From positions 1 to 61,379 of the IMG/VR virus record IMGVR_UViG_3300036846_000573: DNA of 61,379 nt; one strand, given 5' to 3'. Under the pieces are notes generated by a model that worked only from the letters and a program-made list of their open reading frames with translations, was not told the origin of the DNA and did no database searches. Positions 58,050 to 61,379 of the stretch are shown piece by piece. This DNA is from a virus. Lineage: Duplodnaviria > Caudoviricetes. Position 1 is the first letter of the stretch. Each line of letters starts with the position of its first letter. Position numbers and translations under genes: made by a program.

Positions 58050-59468
58050 ATGGAATACGACGCGCCAAAGATCATCCAGAGTTTTATGCTGGATGATATC
58101 CATCGTATTAGGGTTTTAGTGGGACCCCTCGGGTCCGGCAAGACGATGTCTTGTATTATGGAGTTATTAAAGCGCGCCTGCAAGCAGGTACCGACATCTA
58201 AAGGAATTAGATACACCCGGTTCGCGCTTATCCGTAATACTTTACAACAACTGCGGCAGACCATTTTGGCTGATGCGCAGCAATATCTGGGGCACTGTGC
58301 ACACTATTATGTCACAGATTCTACATTACAGATAAGATTGCACCTGCCCGACCGGACGAGCGTGCACTCGGACTGGATGTTATTACCCTTGGATTCAAAA
58401 GAGGACGTCAGGAGATTATTATCTTTACAACTTACCGGCGCGTGGATCAACGAACTAAGAGAAGTACCCATAGATATTATTAGACCACTTTTAGGTAGAT
58501 GCGGACGCTATCCCAGTAAAGCCCTAGGGGGCGCGACGTGGCGCGGGGTCATCGCCGACACCAACCCGTGGGACACGGATAGCCCTTATCACGACCGCAT
58601 GGTGCTCAACCCGCACCCGTCGTGGAAGCTCTACCACCAGCCCAGCGGGTTGTCGGCGGAGGCCGAGAATATCGAAAATCTGCCGGAAGGTTATTACGAA
58701 GAATTGATGAGCGACAAAGATCCCGACTGGAGCGCGGTGCACGTCGAGTCCGAGTGGGGCACGAGCAATGCCGGGCAGGCGGTGTTCCGCCGGACGTTCC
58801 ATGCGCCGACGCACGTCAAGGACATGCATGTCACGGTCAACCCGAACAAGCCGGTCATGGTCGGTCTCGACTTTGGCCGCACGCCCTGCGCGGTCATCGG
58901 CCAGCACGACAACTTTGGGCGCGCAATTATTTTTCAGGAAATCATCACCGAGGGCATGGGGCTGATCCAGATGATCGAAGAGCATCTGAAACCCGTATTA
59001 TTAAACCCGCCTTTTATTGGTAAGCGGGTGTTTATCGTGGCCGACCCGGCGGGCCGGGCCAAATCCCAGGTCACCGAAGAGACGCCGTTTGATATTTTAA
59101 AAGATCAGGGATTTTTAGCTTACCCCGCCTCGACGAATAGTATCGAGCCCAGACTCCTGGCGGTCGAAAGACTGCTGCGAACGACACTCATCGGTCAACC
59201 TGCCTTACAAATTAATAGGTCCGGCTGCCCTGTGCTTATTTCCTCATTAGGAAACAAGTACAGATACCGCCGCCGGCGGGATGGGCAGATCGACGACATT
59301 CCCGAAAAGCTGCATCCGTGGAGCGATATCTCTGACGCCTTACAGTATTTTTGTTTAGGTACTCAAGCTAACCTCACGGGCCGCGTCATGGCCCGCGAGA
59401 GAAGATTCTTTGCCGGCGTCGCGCCGCCGGGGGCCGAGACGCGGGTGTCGTCCCTCGGCTGGACCTAA
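58050..59468 (+). CDS. terL: Terminase large subunit
   Basis: GPLGSGKT, WINE, DTNP, GLDFGRTP, ADPAG, SDISDALQY. Confidence 0.93.
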   Translation: MEYDAPKIIQSFMLDDIHRIRVLVGPLGSGKTMSCIMELLKRACKQVPTSKGIRYTRFALIRNTLQQLRQTILADAQQYLGHCAHYYVTDSTLQIRLHLPDRTSVHSDWMLLPLDSKEDVRRLLSLQLTGAWINELREVPIDIIRPLLGRCGRYPSKALGGATWRGVIADTNPWDTDSPYHDRMVLNPHPSWKLYHQPSGLSAEAENIENLPEGYYEELMSDKDPDWSAVHVESEWGTSNAGQAVFRRTFHAPTHVKDMHVTVNPNKPVMVGLDFGRTPCAVIGQHDNFGRAIIFQEIITEGMGLIQMIEEHLKPVLLNPPFIGKRVFIVADPAGRAKSQVTEETPFDILKDQGFLAYPASTNSIEPRLLAVERLLRTTLIGQPALQINRSGCPVLISSLGNKYRYRRRRDGQIDDIPEKLHPWSDISDALQYFCLGTQANLTGRVMARERRFFAGVAPPGAETRVSSLGWT

Positions 59469-59617
59469 CGTCGACGCTAGGGCGGTTGCGGAGCCCGCTG
59501 GAGGGGCGGAAGCTTTTTTGGCTACCCCCCTACCAGCCTACCTCGTTCACCCCTGTTCTAGGCCATAGGCTGCCGTCCTACGTTGATGTTTGGCGACAGG
59601 GTCTTCCCAGATCAGGC

Positions 59618-60151
59618 TTAGCCCGGTACGGCCGGCGGCATTTCCGGCCCGCCACCACCACTACCCGAGCCCGGCGTATGTTCCGGCGGCGCCACGACGA
59701 CCGGCCCGATTCCGGGGTACATGACGATGATGTAAGGTGGCGGCTGGATTGGCTGCACCGGGAAGTTTCCCGGCACTGTCGTTGTCGGGTCGCCGGGCTG
59801 CGGCGGATCTGGCGGCTGGAGATCCGGCGGCACGTTGGGCGGGTAGATCGGCCCTCCACCAACAGTTGGCGGGATTGGGTGCTCCGGATGGCCGGGCCAC
59901 CAGGGCGGCTGCTGGCCTCCGCCTCCGCCTCCACCGGGTGGTTGCGGCCAGACCGTCGGCGGGATGGGATGCTCCGGGTGCCCCGGATACCATGGCGGCT
60001 GACCGCCACCGCCACCTTGACCTGGGGGCATCGGGCCGCCGCCGACCTGGAGGCCGGTGATCGTGGCTTCGCCGAACAGCACGACGTTTTGCTGAGTGCG
60101 ATTATATTTATCGTAAAGTACGCCTGAGATCGTGATTTCTACTGCGGCCAT
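59618..60151 (-). CDS. Pro/Gly-rich protein
   Basis: QPPWxPGHPEHPIPPTV x2. Confidence 0.7.
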   Translation of the reverse strand: MAAVEITISGVLYDKYNRTQQNVVLFGEATITGLQVGGGPMPPGQGGGGGQPPWYPGHPEHPIPPTVWPQPPGGGGGGGQQPPWWPGHPEHPIPPTVGGGPIYPPNVPPDLQPPDPPQPGDPTTTVPGNFPVQPIQPPPYIIVMYPGIGPVVVAPPEHTPGSGSGGGGPEMPPAVPG

Positions 60152-60183
60152 GGTCACCCCCTGATTGAGATTTGTAGGTTATA

Positions 60184-60900
60184 CTAACTCCGGCGCCGCC
60201 GCCATGCGACAAATCCCAGCGATGCCAGCATCGTCCCGAGCATTCCCAGTGTACCCGGCTCCGGCACGGGTTGCTGAAATTTGATTTCGGTCTGGCCGCG
60301 ATTGACCAGGGAACCACCGTTGGTCAACAAACCGCTGGCCTCTTCGGTCATGCTGAATAATGCCGGGTCGGTGATCGGCCCGGTGTTGTTGTGCGAGAAC
60401 GAGTCTGCGACGAGGGTCGCGGTGTGCGCAAAGCTATCGATCAGCGCGCCGGGGTGATCGCCGACGCCGCTATCCGCGCCCTGACCATTCGCCGGGTCAT
60501 TCCAAAACTGTAATAAAATATTCGACCCGACGGCAACCTCGAAAGTACCGCTGCCGGATGTATTGAAAGCGTTCACGGGACCGACAAAGTTTGTCGCGCT
60601 GACCGTGAAAGCCACTTGCTTATTGCTGCCTGAATTGTTGATGATCTGCAAAGATGACGTATCCAAGATGTTGGCCGAGCCCATCGTGGCGATGGATACA
60701 TTTCCGTTGACATTAACTCCGTTGATGACCTGATTCGGCAGGGCCAGCGTGCCGACCGCCGGGTTTGAATCGCACGCGGCGTTGTCGATGCAGGTGCCGG
60801 TCGTGCCGCCTATGTCGAAGGAAATTATCAGGGTCGCCTGAGCTTGTTGACTTATTGCCAGCAGCGCTACGGCGGCAACCCCTAACAAAAATTTATTCAT
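60184..60900 (-). CDS. PEP-CTERM sorting-domain surface protein
   Basis: Signal peptide (AQA) and VPEPGTLGMLGTMLASLGFVAWRRRRS. Confidence 0.9.
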   Translation of the reverse strand: MNKFLLGVAAVALLAISQQAQATLIISFDIGGTTGTCIDNAACDSNPAVGTLALPNQVINGVNVNGNVSIATMGSANILDTSSLQIINNSGSNKQVAFTVSATNFVGPVNAFNTSGSGTFEVAVGSNILLQFWNDPANGQGADSGVGDHPGALIDSFAHTATLVADSFSHNNTGPITDPALFSMTEEASGLLTNGGSLVNRGQTEIKFQQPVPEPGTLGMLGTMLASLGFVAWRRRRS

Positions 60901-61090
60901 GGCACCCCTCCCAGAAAACTACGTTTTCTGGTTGCAAGCCATAGGCCAACTCAAGAACCCAGAGGCATCCTGGGTTTTTTAAAAGTCAAGATTTTTTAGT
61001 GTAAAATATTTAGGAAAGCTGTAAGATTTCTCGACGTTTTTTTGATGGGTTTGGGGCGCGACGACGCCGGGTGCACTCCGGCGCCGTCGC

Positions 61091-61126
61091 CACTCTTTAC
61101 ATTCGGTACTCTCATATTTAACGGCT
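61091..61126 (-). ncRNA. Solitary TIGR-like guide unit specific to the right-end allele
   Basis: Reverse complement reads AGCCG-ttaaatat-GAGAGTACCG-aatgtaaa-GAGTG, followed by GC hairpin 61058-61090. Confidence 0.85.
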
Positions 61127-61174
61127 GTTTTTATCTCTAACTGGACATTGACACTCGATCAATCCATATTCCGA

Positions 61175-61339
61175 ACCAACCTTGTGTCTGCATTCACAAG
61201 GCCGGGATCAGACGGGTCGTGCCCTAAAACCCCGTCCGACTGTGGAACGGTTTGTGTTTAAGCTCCATTACCGTTCGCGACAGTTACTCCCTTTAAGCAA
61301 AGAAACTCGCCGCCCTGTCCCCAGGGCGGCGATTTTTTT
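61175..61339 (+). ncRNA. Putative structured small RNA (allele 2)
   Basis: Homologue of 180-330 with covarying stems. Confidence 0.6.
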
Positions 61340-61377
61340 GCGCTCGGCTAACGCGGTTCTCTCAATCCGCCCGGCTA
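61340..61377 (-). ncRNA. Duplicate of solitary guide 331-368
   Basis: Identical sequence. Confidence 0.8.
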
Positions 61378-61379
61378 GA

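Larger units (their letters stand above)
60893..61379. repeat. Right copy of terminal repeat / alternative allele
   Basis: See 1-370; net 117 bp longer. Confidence 0.95.

Noticed and set aside
1-61379. tRNA, integrase, att site, RNA polymerase
   Set aside because: None recognised by eye

Overview
The window looks like an essentially complete ~61 kb podovirus-like dsDNA phage genome. Its two ends overlap: bases 1-127 are identical to 60893-61019, bases 294-370 are identical to 61303-61379, and the sequence between these blocks is divergent. The + strand carries early genes, including a MoxR AAA+ / VWA-metallopeptidase module. It also carries a replication module: family A DNA polymerase, PD-(D/E)XK nuclease, VRR-NUC, SNF2 helicase, SSB-like protein and primase-helicase. 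The - strand carries the virion module: portal, scaffold, major capsid, adaptors, nozzle, five tail fibre/spike genes and large ejection proteins. The terminase is transcribed divergently, and there is a PEP-CTERM protein. I recognised no integrase, repressor or RNA polymerase. The standout feature is a TIGR-Tas-like RNA-guided system inside the replication operon. Two arrays (23 and 21 units) of 36-nt dual-repeat/dual-spacer units, GAGYGAGCCG-N8-GAGAGWACCG-N8, flank the SNF2 helicase. They are followed by a nuclease-less IS110/Nop-domain protein (TasA-like). Four solitary guide units lie elsewhere, each followed by a hairpin, and one nearly matches a site ~80 bp away in opposite-strand geometry. 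Other unexplained structure: an ~150-nt structured ncRNA present as two covarying alleles, about 20 copies of the palindrome CACKAC-N1-2-GTMGTG, a 13-19 bp motif repeated six times in early genes, and an origin-like inverted-iteron region. All protein calls come from motif recognition by eye; no searches were run.
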